A DNA stretch of 64,000 nt, taken from NCBI GenBank assembly GCA_963725865.1, contig CAVSAC010000012.1:832001-896000 (forward strand). The letters run 5' to 3'. A program made the position numbers and the translations under genes. The stretch comes from Candidatus Eiseniibacteriota bacterium. GTDB taxonomy: Bacteria; Eisenbacteria; RBG-16-71-46. The notes under the pieces were generated by a model, which worked only from the letters and a program-made list of their open reading frames with translations, was not told the origin of the DNA and made no database searches. This document shows positions 18,228-28,877 of this stretch, in pieces; positions within the stretch are counted from its first letter, which is position 1, and every line of letters starts with the position of its first letter.

Positions 18228-19381
18228 GTGCTCGCGCCGCTCCATCCGCTGCTCGCCGGCACCCGCGAGTACCCGTTCGTCACGCTCGACAGGAAGCGCG
18301 CGGCGCTCTGCCCGCCGGGGCTCGAGGCCATCAACTTCGGGATGGGCGATCCGCGCGAGCTGACGCCGGAGTTCATCAAGCAGGCGATGCGGGACTCGAT
18401 CCCGGCGATGTCGTCGTATCCGGCGGCGGCCGGACAGCCCGCGCTGCGCGCCGCGTGCGCGCGCTGGGTGCAGCGGCGCTTCGGCGTCACGCTCGACCCC
18501 GACCGTCACGTGCTGCCGGCGAACGGCAGCAAGGAAGCGGTGTTCCTGATGGCGCTCGCGATGATCGACCGCGCCGCGCGCCGCCGGAAGGACCTCGTCA
18601 TCATTCCGACTCCGGCGTACCCGGTGTACGAATCGGGCGCCGTGTTCGCGGGCGGCACGCCGTACTTCGTGCCGCTGCGCAGCGCCGACCAGTGGCGCTT
18701 CGTGCCCGAGCGCGTGCCCGCGAAGGTCTGGGACCGCGCCGCGCTGTTGTGGCTCACCACGCCGCACAATCCCACCGGCGCCGTGTCCCCGCCCGAGCTG
18801 ACGGCGCGGGTGCTCGAGACCGCGCGCCGCCACGGCGTGTGGGTGGCGTCGGACGAGGCGTACAGCGAGATCTGGTTCGACCAGCCGCCGGGCTCGACGC
18901 TGCAGCACGGGCTCGACAACGTGATCGCGCTGCACACCCTCAGCAAGCGCTCGGCGATGACCGGCTTCCGCTCGGGCTTCATGGCCGGCGACCCGCGCTT
19001 GATCGACGCGCTGCGGCGCTTCCGCCCGAACGCCGGCGTGGCGACGCCCGACTTCGTGCAGTCGGCGGCGATCGCTGCGTGGAACGACGACGAGCACCCG
19101 CGCGCGCAGCGCGCGCGTTACGCCGAGAAGCGCCGGCTGATGCTCGACTACTTCGGCACGCGCGGCTGGACGGTCGAGGCGAGCGAGGCGTCGTTCTACC
19201 TGTGGCTGAAGGCGCCGGGCGGAGACGACGTGGCGTTCGTGGAGTCCCTGCTGAAGGCCGGGCTGGTGTGCATGCCGGGCTCGTTCCTGGGGCGCGGCGG
19301 CGAGGGCTTCGTGCGCTTCGCGCTGGTGCCCACGCCCGAGCAGTGCCGCGAAGCGATCGCCCGCCTCGCCGGGGTGCGCGG

Positions 19382-19385
<4 letters not shown>
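18228..19385 (+). CDS. dapC: PLP-dependent class I/II aminotransferase, succinyl-DAP aminotransferase; true start may be 18040 across a frameshift
   Basis: GDPRE, NGSKEAVF, PAYPVYE, PHNPTG, SDEAYSE, TLSKRSAMTGFRSG; lies between dapE and dapD. Confidence 0.88.
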
Positions 19386-20218
<833 letters not shown>

Positions 20219-20280
20219 GGCGCGGGGATCGCGGCCGGGACGCGCGCGGCGCCGCGCCGGCCCACCCGAGCCCGCATGGC

Positions 20281-20309
20281 TTGACCGCCTCCCGGCGCCT
20301 CCCTAGACT
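20281..20309 (+). promoter_or_regulatory. sigma70-type promoter for the folB operon
   Basis: TTGACC-17 nt-TAGACT upstream of folB. Confidence 0.65.
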
Positions 20310-20373
20310 CGCTGCGGCTTCCTAGAAGCGGGCCCGCGCGGCCCGGTCATCCCGTTCCCATGGAGGCAACGCG

Positions 20374-20733
20374 TTGGCCACCATCCGGCTGGAGGGGCTG
20401 TCGGTGTTCGGACACCACGGCGCCCGACCGTACGAGAAAGAGGCCGGCCAGCGGCTCGAGGTGGACCTCGAGTTGGAGCCCATGGACGCGCGCGCCGAGA
20501 GCAGCGACCGGCTCGCGGACGCGGTGGACTACGATGCGCTCTACCGGACCGTGCGCGAGGTCGTGGAGCAGCAGAGCTTCCATCTGCTCGAAGCGCTGGC
20601 GGCCGCGCTGGCGGCCAGCATCCTCGAGCGCTTCGCCATCCGTTCGGTGCGCGTGCGCATCGCCAAGCAGAACCTCGGGTGGACCACCGGCGGTCGGGCG
20701 ATCATCGAGGTCGCGCGGATGAGGACGGCATGA
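20374..20733 (+). CDS. folB: Dihydroneopterin aldolase
   Basis: GHHG...EKEAGQRLEVD, SDRLADAVDY, FHLLEALA; TTG start with GGAGG RBS. Confidence 0.93.
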   Translation: MATIRLEGLSVFGHHGARPYEKEAGQRLEVDLELEPMDARAESSDRLADAVDYDALYRTVREVVEQQSFHLLEALAAALAASILERFAIRSVRVRIAKQNLGWTTGGRAIIEVARMRTA

Positions 20734-21224
20734 GGGCGTTCATCGGACTGGGCTCCAACCTGGGGGACCGCGAGGCGCTGATCCGGCAGGCGCTCGAGGA
20801 GATCGCGCGCATCCCGCAGACCCAGCTGATGCGGGCCTCGTCGCTCTACGACACCGAACCGGTCGGCGACGCGGACCAGCCCAACTTCCTCAACGCGGTC
20901 GCCGAGGTGGACACCGACCTGCCCCCGCGCCAGCTGCTCTGGAACCTGCACCTGATCGAGAAGCGGCTGGGCCGCGTGCGCACCCACAAGTGGGGCCCGC
21001 GCACCATGGACCTCGACGTCCTGCTCTTCGGGGACGAAGTGCTCGAGGAGCCCGATCTGCGGGTGCCGCATCCCGAGCTGATCCGGCGCTCGTTCGTGCT
21101 GGTGCCGCTGGTCGAACTGGATCCGGCACTGGTGCATCCGGAGACCGGGGAGACCCTGCTCAGCCACCTCGCGCGGCTCAACACCCGGCCGCCGGTGCGG
21201 AAGGGCTCGCGCCTCTGGAACTGA
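20730..21224 (+). CDS. folK: HPPK (2-amino-4-hydroxy-6-hydroxymethyldihydropteridine diphosphokinase)
   Basis: IGLGSNLGDR, FLNAV, WGPRTMDLD, PHP...RSFVLVPL. Confidence 0.96.
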   Translation: MRAFIGLGSNLGDREALIRQALEEIARIPQTQLMRASSLYDTEPVGDADQPNFLNAVAEVDTDLPPRQLLWNLHLIEKRLGRVRTHKWGPRTMDLDVLLFGDEVLEEPDLRVPHPELIRRSFVLVPLVELDPALVHPETGETLLSHLARLNTRPPVRKGSRLWN

Positions 21225-21285
21225 TCGTAAACTCCATCCGCCGCGCGCCGCGCGGCCGTGCCGCGCGAGCGCGCCGGATCCCGTC

Positions 21286-21933
21286 ATGAGCGAGAATCGC
21301 TACATCGGCGTGGAGGGCGTGATTGGGGTGGGCAAGACCAGCCTGGCGCGCATGCTCGCCGAGCGGCTGAAGGCCAAGCTGGTGCTCGAGGAGGTGGAGG
21401 AGAACCCGTTTCTCAAGGACTTCTACAAGGACCGGGCGCGCTTCGCGTTCCAGACCCAGATGCACTTCCTGTTCAGCCGCTACCAGCAGCAGCGCACCCT
21501 GCGCCAGACCGAGCTGTTCAGCGAGCGCATGGTGGCCGACTACCTGTTCGCCAAGGACCGCATCTTCGCGCGCCTGAACCTCTCGGAGCGCGAGCTCGCG
21601 CTCTACGAGCGGCTGGTGGGCTGGCTGGAACTGGAGGTGCTGAAACCCGACGTCGTGGTGTACCTGCAGGCCACCGCGGACACGCTGATGGAGCGGATCG
21701 CCCGGCGCGCGCGGCCGTTCGAGCGGGACATGGAGCGCGCGTACATCGAGCAGCTGGTGCAGGCCTACAATCACTTCTTCTTCCACTACGCCGACGCGCC
21801 GCTCCTGGTCGTGAACACGAACGCGATCGACTTCGTGAACAACCCGGACGACTTCGAGGACCTGCTCACGCGCATCCTGTCGCACGGGCAGGGCACGGTC
21901 TACTACACGCCGATCGAGCGGGGAGGCAGCTGA
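21286..21933 (+). CDS. Deoxynucleoside kinase
   Basis: EGVIGVGKT, NPFL.DFY, Q..FL.SR, PDVVVYL, R.R.FE. Confidence 0.92.
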   Translation: MSENRYIGVEGVIGVGKTSLARMLAERLKAKLVLEEVEENPFLKDFYKDRARFAFQTQMHFLFSRYQQQRTLRQTELFSERMVADYLFAKDRIFARLNLSERELALYERLVGWLELEVLKPDVVVYLQATADTLMERIARRARPFERDMERAYIEQLVQAYNHFFFHYADAPLLVVNTNAIDFVNNPDDFEDLLTRILSHGQGTVYYTPIERGGS

Positions 21934-22760
21934 TGAGCGCCGCCGACCGTCCGGGAGCCCCCCGGCCGAAGGTCACCGCGCCGGCGGTGATCGAGCTGAA
22001 GCGTCAGCACCGGCCGATCGTGGTGGTGACGGCGTACGACTTCCCGACCGCACGGCTGGCGGACGAGGCGGGCGTCGACGTGCTGCTGGTGGGCGACAGC
22101 CTCGGCACGGTGGTGCTGGGCTACGACAGCACGCTGCCGGTGACGATGGAGGACATGCTCCATCACATCCGCGCGGTGACGCGCGCGCGCCCCAGCGCGC
22201 TGGTGATCGGCGACCTGCCGTTCATGTCGTACCAGGTGAGCGTCGAACAGGCGGTCGCGAACGCGGGCCGCTTCGTGCAGGAGGGCGGCGCCGACGCGGT
22301 GAAGCTCGAGGGCGGCGAGCGGGTGGTCCCGGCGGTGCGCCGCATCGTCGAAAGCGGGATCCCGGTGATGGGACATCTCGGGCTGACGCCCCAGAGCGTG
22401 CTCGCGTTCGGTGGCTACAAGGTGCAGGCGCGAGCCGAGGCCGACCAGGAGCGGCTGCTGCGCGAGGCGCGCGCGCTCCAGGAGGCGGGCTGCTTCTCGC
22501 TGGTGCTCGAGGGCATCCCGGCCGCGCTCGGAGCGACCGTCTCGCAGGCGCTCGCGATCCCGACCATCGGCATCGGCGCGGGTCTGTCATGCGACGGCCA
22601 GGTCCTCGTGAGCCACGACCTGCTCGGCTTCTACCTCGGGCACCAACCGCGCTTCGTACGCCGCTACGCGGAGCTGGCCGACACCGTGCGCGACGCGTTC
22701 CGGCGCTTCGCCGAGGACGTGCGCGAGCGCCGCTTCCCGTCGGAGCGGGAGTCCTACTGA
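21933..22760 (+). CDS. panB: 3-methyl-2-oxobutanoate hydroxymethyltransferase
   Basis: TAYD, LVGDSLG, DLPFMSY, VKLEGG, GHLGLTPQS, IGIGAG..CDGQVLV. Confidence 0.97.
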   Translation: MSAADRPGAPRPKVTAPAVIELKRQHRPIVVVTAYDFPTARLADEAGVDVLLVGDSLGTVVLGYDSTLPVTMEDMLHHIRAVTRARPSALVIGDLPFMSYQVSVEQAVANAGRFVQEGGADAVKLEGGERVVPAVRRIVESGIPVMGHLGLTPQSVLAFGGYKVQARAEADQERLLREARALQEAGCFSLVLEGIPAALGATVSQALAIPTIGIGAGLSCDGQVLVSHDLLGFYLGHQPRFVRRYAELADTVRDAFRRFAEDVRERRFPSERESY

Positions 22761-23659
22761 TGGCGGCGACGACCCGACGACCGCGCCCCGCCCGGCCCCG
22801 CCGCGGTCGCATGACGGTCGTGCGTCGCGTGGAGGAGGTGCGCCGGCTGGTCGCCGGCTGGCGCGCGCGCGGCCAACGCGTCGCGTTCGTGCCGACCATG
22901 GGCTCGCTCCACGGCGGGCACGTGTCGCTCGTGCACCGCGCCCGCGCCGCCGCCGAGCGCGTGGTGGTGAGCATCTTCGTCAATCCGCTCCAGTTCGGAC
23001 CGGGCGAGGACTACCGGCGCTATCCGCGGCCGCTGGCGCGCGACCGCGCGCTGCTGGCGGCGGAGGGCGTGGACCTGCTGTGGACACCCGAGGTGAAGGA
23101 GCTCTATCCCGCGGACGAGCGCACGCGCGTCCGCGTCACCGGGCTCGGCGAGGTGCTGGAGGGCGCCGCGCGCCCCGGCCACTTCGAGGGCGTGGCGACC
23201 GTGGTGCTCAAGCTGATCAACGCCGTCGCCCCGGACGACCTGTGGCTCGGCCAGAAGGACGCCCAGCAGGCGCGACTCATCGCGCAGCTGTGCCGCGACC
23301 TGCTGCTGCCGGTGCGGGTGCATCGCGGCGCCACCGTGCGCGAGCGCGACGGCCTGGCGTTCTCGAGCCGCAACAGCTACCTGGATGGCGACCACCGCGC
23401 GCAGGCGGTCGCGCTCTCCCGCGGCTTGTGCGCGGCGGAGCGGGCGCTGCGGGCCGGCGAGCGCTCGGCAGCGCGACTCAAGGCGGAGGTGCGGCGGGTG
23501 TGGCGCGCGTACCCGCTGGTGCGCGAGGACTACGTGGCGATCGTCGACGCCGACACGCTGCGTCCGGTGCGCGTGGTGGCGGGCCGGGTGCTGGTGGCCG
23601 TCGCGGCGCGGGTGGGACCCGCGCGACTGATCGACAACTTCGAATGGGAGCCTCGATGA
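22760..23659 (+). CDS. panC: Pantoate-beta-alanine ligase
   Basis: VPTMGSLHGGH, SIFVNPLQF, RPGHFEGVATVV, GQKDAQQ, DGLAFSSRN, RLIDN. Confidence 0.97.
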   Translation: MAATTRRPRPARPRRGRMTVVRRVEEVRRLVAGWRARGQRVAFVPTMGSLHGGHVSLVHRARAAAERVVVSIFVNPLQFGPGEDYRRYPRPLARDRALLAAEGVDLLWTPEVKELYPADERTRVRVTGLGEVLEGAARPGHFEGVATVVLKLINAVAPDDLWLGQKDAQQARLIAQLCRDLLLPVRVHRGATVRERDGLAFSSRNSYLDGDHRAQAVALSRGLCAAERALRAGERSAARLKAEVRRVWRAYPLVREDYVAIVDADTLRPVRVVAGRVLVAVAARVGPARLIDNFEWEPR

Positions 23660-24423
23660 GCGGACGCCATCCCGACGTGGCCGCGCTGGTGCTGGCCGCC
23701 GGCCAGGGTACCCGGATGAAGAGCGACATGGCCAAGGTCCTGCATCCGATGGCGGGACGCCCGCTGCTCGCGCACGTGATCCGCACGCTCGAGCAGCTCG
23801 GGGTGGGCCGCACGTTGATCGTGATCGGCCACCAGCGCGAGCGGGTGCGCGCCGCGTTCGCGGACACGCCGGTCGAGTGGGTGGAACAGGCCGAGCAGCG
23901 CGGCACCGGCCATGCGGTGCTGATGGCCGGCCCGGCGCTCGAGGACTTCCAGGGCACGCTGCTGGTGGTGTGCGGCGACACGCCGCTGCTGCGCGCCGCC
24001 ACGCTGCACACGCTGCTCGAGGGACATCGCGCGAGCGGCGCCGCGGTCACCGTGCTGTCCACGAAGCTGCCCGATCCGACCGGCTACGGACGTATCCTGA
24101 GGGAGGGCGAGCACGGCATCCGCGGCATCGTCGAGCACCGGGACGCGAGCCCGGAGCAGCGCGCGATCGACGAGGTGAACTCCGGGATCTACGCGTTCGA
24201 ATACCCGGCGCTGGTGCAGGTGCTGGCCGGCCTGACCGCGAACAACTCACAGGGCGAGTACTACCTCACTGACACGGTGGCGCTGCTGCAGCGGGCAGGC
24301 CGCCGCGCGGCGGTGGTGTGCGCACCGGACCATCGCGAGCTGCTGGGCATCAACACCGTCGAGCAGCTCCAGGAGGCTGAACGGGTGTATCGCAAGCTGG
24401 GTGGCGCGGGCGAACGCGCATGA
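23656..24423 (+). CDS. GlmU-like nucleotidyltransferase (uridyltransferase domain only)
   Basis: LAAGQGTRMKS..AKVLH, QRGTGHA, GDTPLL, GYGRI, EVNSGIY, NNSQGEYYLTD, GIN; no hexapeptide acetyltransferase domain. Confidence 0.88.
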   Translation: MSGRHPDVAALVLAAGQGTRMKSDMAKVLHPMAGRPLLAHVIRTLEQLGVGRTLIVIGHQRERVRAAFADTPVEWVEQAEQRGTGHAVLMAGPALEDFQGTLLVVCGDTPLLRAATLHTLLEGHRASGAAVTVLSTKLPDPTGYGRILREGEHGIRGIVEHRDASPEQRAIDEVNSGIYAFEYPALVQVLAGLTANNSQGEYYLTDTVALLQRAGRRAAVVCAPDHRELLGINTVEQLQEAERVYRKLGGAGERA

Positions 24424-24983
24424 GGCGCGCGGATCCCTTCGAGCGGCTGTGGGCGCCGTGGCGGATGGCCTACATCCGGCGCGTCCACGAGCCGGCCGGT
24501 TGCCTGTTCTGCCGCGTCGGGCGCCGCCGCACCGACCGCGCGGACCTGGTCGTGGCGCGCCGGCCGCACGCGCTGCTGATGCTCAACCGCTTCCCGTACA
24601 ATCCCGCGCATCTGATGGTCGCGGTGGCGCGCCACACCGGCGCGTTCCACGCGCTCACCGCGGCGGAGCGCGGCGACGTGCTCGACTTGACCGGCCTTGC
24701 GGAGCGCGCCCTGACGGCGGAATATGGCGTCCACGGCATCAACGTGGGCGTGAACATCGGCCGGGTGGCCGGTGCCGGCGTGCTCGGGCATCTGCACCTG
24801 CACGTGGTGCCACGCTGGGACGGAGACACGAATTTCATGCCCGTGATCGGAGCCACGCGCGTGTTGCCGGAGTCGCTCGCGCGCACCTGGTCGCGACTGC
24901 GCCGCGCGCTCCGCGCGCTCGAACAGGCTCCGCCGCCGGCCGCACGCGGAGCGGGAGCGCCGCGCCGTGGGCAAGGCCGCTGA
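24420..24983 (+). CDS. HIT-family protein (Ap4A phosphorylase-like)
   Basis: LWAPWRMAYI, CLFC, LNRFPYN, HLHLHVVPRWDGDTNFMP. Confidence 0.92.
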   Translation: MRRADPFERLWAPWRMAYIRRVHEPAGCLFCRVGRRRTDRADLVVARRPHALLMLNRFPYNPAHLMVAVARHTGAFHALTAAERGDVLDLTGLAERALTAEYGVHGINVGVNIGRVAGAGVLGHLHLHVVPRWDGDTNFMPVIGATRVLPESLARTWSRLRRALRALEQAPPPAARGAGAPRRGQGR

Positions 24984-25395
24984 GCAGGGCGGGCGCCTGG
25001 CGTTCTGGGCGCTCGCGGTGGTGGTGATGGCGCTCGTGATGTCGTGGAGCTGGTCGCGGTTCCGTCCGGTGCGCAGCTCGCGGGTACCGGGGCCCGCGAT
25101 GCGCCCGACACGGGTGCAGGTGCTGAACGGTTCGGGAGAGGGCGGGATCGCCTCACGCGTCGCATCGTACCTGCGCGAGGGAGGATTCCAGGTGGTGGAG
25201 GTGAGGAACGCCGATCGCGCGGACTGGTTCGCGTCGATCGTCGTCGCGCGGCGCGTGGATCCGACCGCCGCGCGCACGGTGGCCGGTTACCTCGGCGGAC
25301 CACCGGTGATCCGGCAGGCCTGGGAATCGGATCTGGCCGATGTGACGGTGGTGATCGGCAGCGACCGCAGCCGGCTCCGCTTGGACCCGCAGTAG
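24967..25395 (+). CDS. LytR C-terminal domain membrane protein
   Basis: N-terminal TM helix; VQVLNGSG..GIA and DVTVVIG.D motifs. Confidence 0.8.
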   Translation: MGKAAEQGGRLAFWALAVVVMALVMSWSWSRFRPVRSSRVPGPAMRPTRVQVLNGSGEGGIASRVASYLREGGFQVVEVRNADRADWFASIVVARRVDPTAARTVAGYLGGPPVIRQAWESDLADVTVVIGSDRSRLRLDPQ

Positions 25396-25407
25396 GAGGA
25401 GGACGAC

Positions 25408-25605
25408 GTGTTCGGACTCGGTGGCGGCGAGATCGCGATCGTGCTGGTGCTGGTGCTGCTCATCTTCGGCCCCAGCCAGCTGCCCAATCTGGCCCGCGGT
25501 CTCGGCCAGGCCATGAAGGAGTTCCGCAAGGCTCAGCGCGAGATCAAGGACGAGATTCAGCGCGACGACACCCCCAAGCCGCCGGACAACAAGCCGGTCG
25601 CGTGA
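25408..25605 (+). CDS. tatA: Twin-arginine translocase TatA/E
   Basis: MFGLGGGEI..LLIFGP.QLP.LARGLG.AMKEFRK; AGGAGG RBS. Confidence 0.92.
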   Translation: MFGLGGGEIAIVLVLVLLIFGPSQLPNLARGLGQAMKEFRKAQREIKDEIQRDDTPKPPDNKPVA

Positions 25606-25722
25606 CGCCGCGGGGGGCGGCACTCGCCGCACCCTGGAGACGGCAACGGCGCGACCGGGGTCGCGCCGTCGCACCGCGCGGCCGGGCGCCGCGCCATCCG
25701 CTCGGGGCCGGGCCCCGCCGGG

Positions 25723-27546
25723 TCACTCCGCGCTGATGCTGCGCAGGTCCTGCACCTTCGCCTTCTCGCGGAGTTCGGTCGTGAATCCCACGAAGAACGA
25801 CTGCTGGCGACGCTGCAGGAACTCCCGCGCGAGCGACGAGCGGTTGCGCTCGTAGGTCGTGTCGGGCGCGACCGTGACCCCGTCCAGGCGGACGAAATAC
25901 CAGCCGTTCGCGGAGCGCACCGGACCCACCACCTGGCCGGGCCGAGCCGCCATCATCGCGCCGACCGCCTCGGGCGCCGACCCGAGCCGCGGATCGGGCG
26001 TCGAGCGCGACATGCCCGTGATACGCGACACTGCGAGGCCCTGGGCTCGCGCCGCATCCTCCAGCCGCTGGCCGCCGGCGATCGACTTCGCGATGGCGTC
26101 GGCCTTGCTCTTGATGCCGTCGACCTTCTTGCCGAGCTCGGTGAGCTGGCGGATCGGGTCGGCGATCTCGGAGCGCGGCGCGGGACCACCCGCGTGCCGC
26201 GCGGCGACCTGGGCGATGACGTACTCGTCGATGCCCTCGAAGATCGGGCTGAGGTCTCCGGTCTTTGCGCCCAGTCCCCACTCCGCCGCCTCCGGCACCG
26301 TGTAGAGCTCGTTCGGCGGGCTGCCGTAGTCGAAGAACGCGGTCTTGACCGTCGTCATTCCCTTCGCGGAGACCGCCTGTGCGAGACTGTGCGCGGCGGC
26401 GGCACTCTGCCGGATCTTCTTCAGGTCATCGAGCTGCTTGCGCTGCGAGGCATCGTTTGCCTTGACCTTCACGATGATCTGCGCGATGCGCAGCTGCGGC
26501 ATTCCGTTCGCGCCGGGCGGGAGCTTCTCGACCAGCTTCACGATCACGAAGCGGCCCGCATCCTGGACCGGGTCGAGCACGTCGCCGGCGGCGAGCGCCA
26601 GCATCCGTGGTCCCATCTCGGGGCCGAGTTCCTGCAGGCTCACCGGGCGCGGCACGAGCCCGCCCTGATCGGCATTGGGACCCTCGCTGAAATCGCGCGC
26701 GAGGTCCTCGAACTTCTCGCCGCGACGCACCCGATCGACCAGGCTCTTCGCGAGCTGGTTGGCGTCGCGGATCTCCTCCTCGCCGTACTGCTTGGGCACG
26801 CGAAGCACCTCGAGCTGGACGCGCGGGCCGGACGCGAACCGCCCCTTGTAGCGGTCGTAGGTGGCCTGCAGCTCGGCCTCGGTGGGCGCGGCCACCTTGG
26901 CGTCGGGCGCCGGCTGCACCGCCACGACGCTCGCGTCGATGCGGTCGTACTGGTCGTGGAACGCCTGCCGGAGCTCGGCGTCGGTGACCTTGATCGAGGA
27001 GAGCAGCCGCTCCTCGAGCTTGCGCATCGGAACCTGCTCCCGGGCCAGCTCCTCGTACGGGCCCCACGGGAAGCTCGGATTCTGGAGCGCGGCGCGGTAC
27101 TTGTTGGCGTCGAACTGGCCGTTGGTCTGGAACTCCTGCATCGCGAGGACGAGCGGCGGCGGATTGGTCTTCATCGCGATCTTCACGTCCTCGTCGGTCG
27201 CGCGCAGGCCAAGCTGCTGCGCGCGCGCGTTCACCAGCCGCTCGGTGACGAGCGAGCGCCACGCCTGGGTCTCCAGCATCTTCTGGTCGCGCTCCGCCGG
27301 GTCGACGCCGAACTGGCGCCGGTAGGCCTCGCGCTGCTGCAGGAGCGCGCTCTGGTACTCGGCGCTGGAGACGCGCTCACCGTTCACCACCGCCACCGCG
27401 CCGGTGGCGCGGGCGTTCTGCGTCGCATCCAGCCCCGCACCGAACAGGAAGACGAAGCCGCCGACGAACGTGATGATGGTGATGATGGCGATGGCCCACC
27501 AGATGGTCTTGGTGCTCTTGCCGCCACCGCGCAGGAACCGAAGCAT
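25723..27546 (-). CDS. PpiD/SurA-family membrane-anchored peptidyl-prolyl isomerase
   Basis: MLRFLR...TM helix, VAVVNGERVS SurA-N domain, FQTNGQFD, FEDLARDFSE..NADQGG parvulin motif. Confidence 0.88.
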   Translation of the reverse strand: MLRFLRGGGKSTKTIWWAIAIITIITFVGGFVFLFGAGLDATQNARATGAVAVVNGERVSSAEYQSALLQQREAYRRQFGVDPAERDQKMLETQAWRSLVTERLVNARAQQLGLRATDEDVKIAMKTNPPPLVLAMQEFQTNGQFDANKYRAALQNPSFPWGPYEELAREQVPMRKLEERLLSSIKVTDAELRQAFHDQYDRIDASVVAVQPAPDAKVAAPTEAELQATYDRYKGRFASGPRVQLEVLRVPKQYGEEEIRDANQLAKSLVDRVRRGEKFEDLARDFSEGPNADQGGLVPRPVSLQELGPEMGPRMLALAAGDVLDPVQDAGRFVIVKLVEKLPPGANGMPQLRIAQIIVKVKANDASQRKQLDDLKKIRQSAAAAHSLAQAVSAKGMTTVKTAFFDYGSPPNELYTVPEAAEWGLGAKTGDLSPIFEGIDEYVIAQVAARHAGGPAPRSEIADPIRQLTELGKKVDGIKSKADAIAKSIAGGQRLEDAARAQGLAVSRITGMSRSTPDPRLGSAPEAVGAMMAARPGQVVGPVRSANGWYFVRLDGVTVAPDTTYERNRSSLAREFLQRRQQSFFVGFTTELREKAKVQDLRSISAE

Positions 27547-27769
27547 GCGGGACTCCAAGAAGAAGAGGACGAGCTCGAGTCAGGATGGCTTGAAAGCGGC
27601 TGGAGAGTCTATCAGCGGAGGTCCGCCGATTCAACCTCCGCGCGCACCTCGGCGTCGCGCGCGGGCGCCGCGCGAGACGTCGCTCGTGGGCCCACGGAGC
27701 ATTGCCCCGACCGCGGCCGTGTGATACCACTGGCGCGGTGGTTCGCAACGGTGCGGAGGCACGTCTCCC

Positions 27770-28870
27770 ATGCGCAGTGACGCCCCGAGCCGGCACGGAG
27801 AGCCCGAGGTGCCGGCGCGCTCCCCGGCGCTGTCCTCGCAGGTGCTCGACACGCTCGAGCAAGTGGTGGTGGCGCTGGATCGCGAGCGCCGCGTGCTCTA
27901 CTACAACCGTCGCCTGGACGAGTTGCTCGGTGCCGAGCCGGGCACGTTCATGGGGCTCGCCGGGGCGCGACTGTTCCCGGGCGCCGACGCGCGCTGGCTC
28001 AAGGGGGCCTCGCGCGAGGCCCGGGACTTCCGGATCGAGACCGACGAGCGGGAACTCACGCTGAAGGCCGAGTCGCTGCCGATGCGCGACGAGGACGGCG
28101 ACGTGGTGGGTTCCGTGGTCCTGGCCGAGGCCATCTCGGAGACCGAGGACGGCGAGTTCCAGAAGCGCATCGACCGGCTGGTTTCCCTCGGCGAGCTGTC
28201 GGCGTACGTGGCGCACGAGATCCGCAATCCGCTCACGGGGATCCGCACCACCGTGCAGTTCGTGGGCTCCAAGTTCAAGCCCAACGATCCGCGCCGAGAA
28301 GACCTGGACGACGTCATCAAGGAACTCGACCGGATCGAGCAGATCATCACGGGCCTGCTCATGTTCGCGCGGCCCCCCGCAGCGCTGCCCCAACCCACTG
28401 ACCTGCACGCGGTCCTGGACCGCACGCTGACGATGCTCGAGCTTCAACTCGGCGACGCCGAGGTCCAGCTCACCCGCGAGCAGGCCGACGACCTTCCGCT
28501 GGTCTTCGTGGACCCGGACCTGATCCAACAGGTGTTCCTCAACCTGTGCCTCAACGCGGTGCAGGCGATGCCAGAAGGGGGTGCGCTGCGGGTGACCACC
28601 GGGGTGCGCCGCTACCGCACGCGGCGCTCGATGGTGGACGTGTCGTTCACCGATTCGGGCGTGGGGATTCCCAAGGAGCTCATGGACAAGATCTTCGACC
28701 CGTTCTTCACGACGCGCTCGAAGGGCACGGGGCTCGGGCTGTCGATCTCGGTCCAGATCGTGCGCGAAGCGGGTGGAGTGGTGACGGCCAAGAACAACCC
28801 GGGCGGAGGCGCCACGCTGCGCGTCTCGCTGCCGGTCACGGCCGAGCTGCCCGGGCGGGCGGAAGAGTGA
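27770..28870 (+). CDS. Cytoplasmic PAS-domain sensor histidine kinase (NtrB/AtoS-like)
   Basis: PAS (VVALD..RRVLYYN), H-box AHEIRNPL, N-box QVFLNLCLNA, DSGVGI, FDPFFTT, GTGLGL; no TM segment. Confidence 0.93.
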   Translation: MRSDAPSRHGEPEVPARSPALSSQVLDTLEQVVVALDRERRVLYYNRRLDELLGAEPGTFMGLAGARLFPGADARWLKGASREARDFRIETDERELTLKAESLPMRDEDGDVVGSVVLAEAISETEDGEFQKRIDRLVSLGELSAYVAHEIRNPLTGIRTTVQFVGSKFKPNDPRREDLDDVIKELDRIEQIITGLLMFARPPAALPQPTDLHAVLDRTLTMLELQLGDAEVQLTREQADDLPLVFVDPDLIQQVFLNLCLNAVQAMPEGGALRVTTGVRRYRTRRSMVDVSFTDSGVGIPKELMDKIFDPFFTTRSKGTGLGLSISVQIVREAGGVVTAKNNPGGGATLRVSLPVTAELPGRAEE

Positions 28871-28877
28871 GCGCGCG

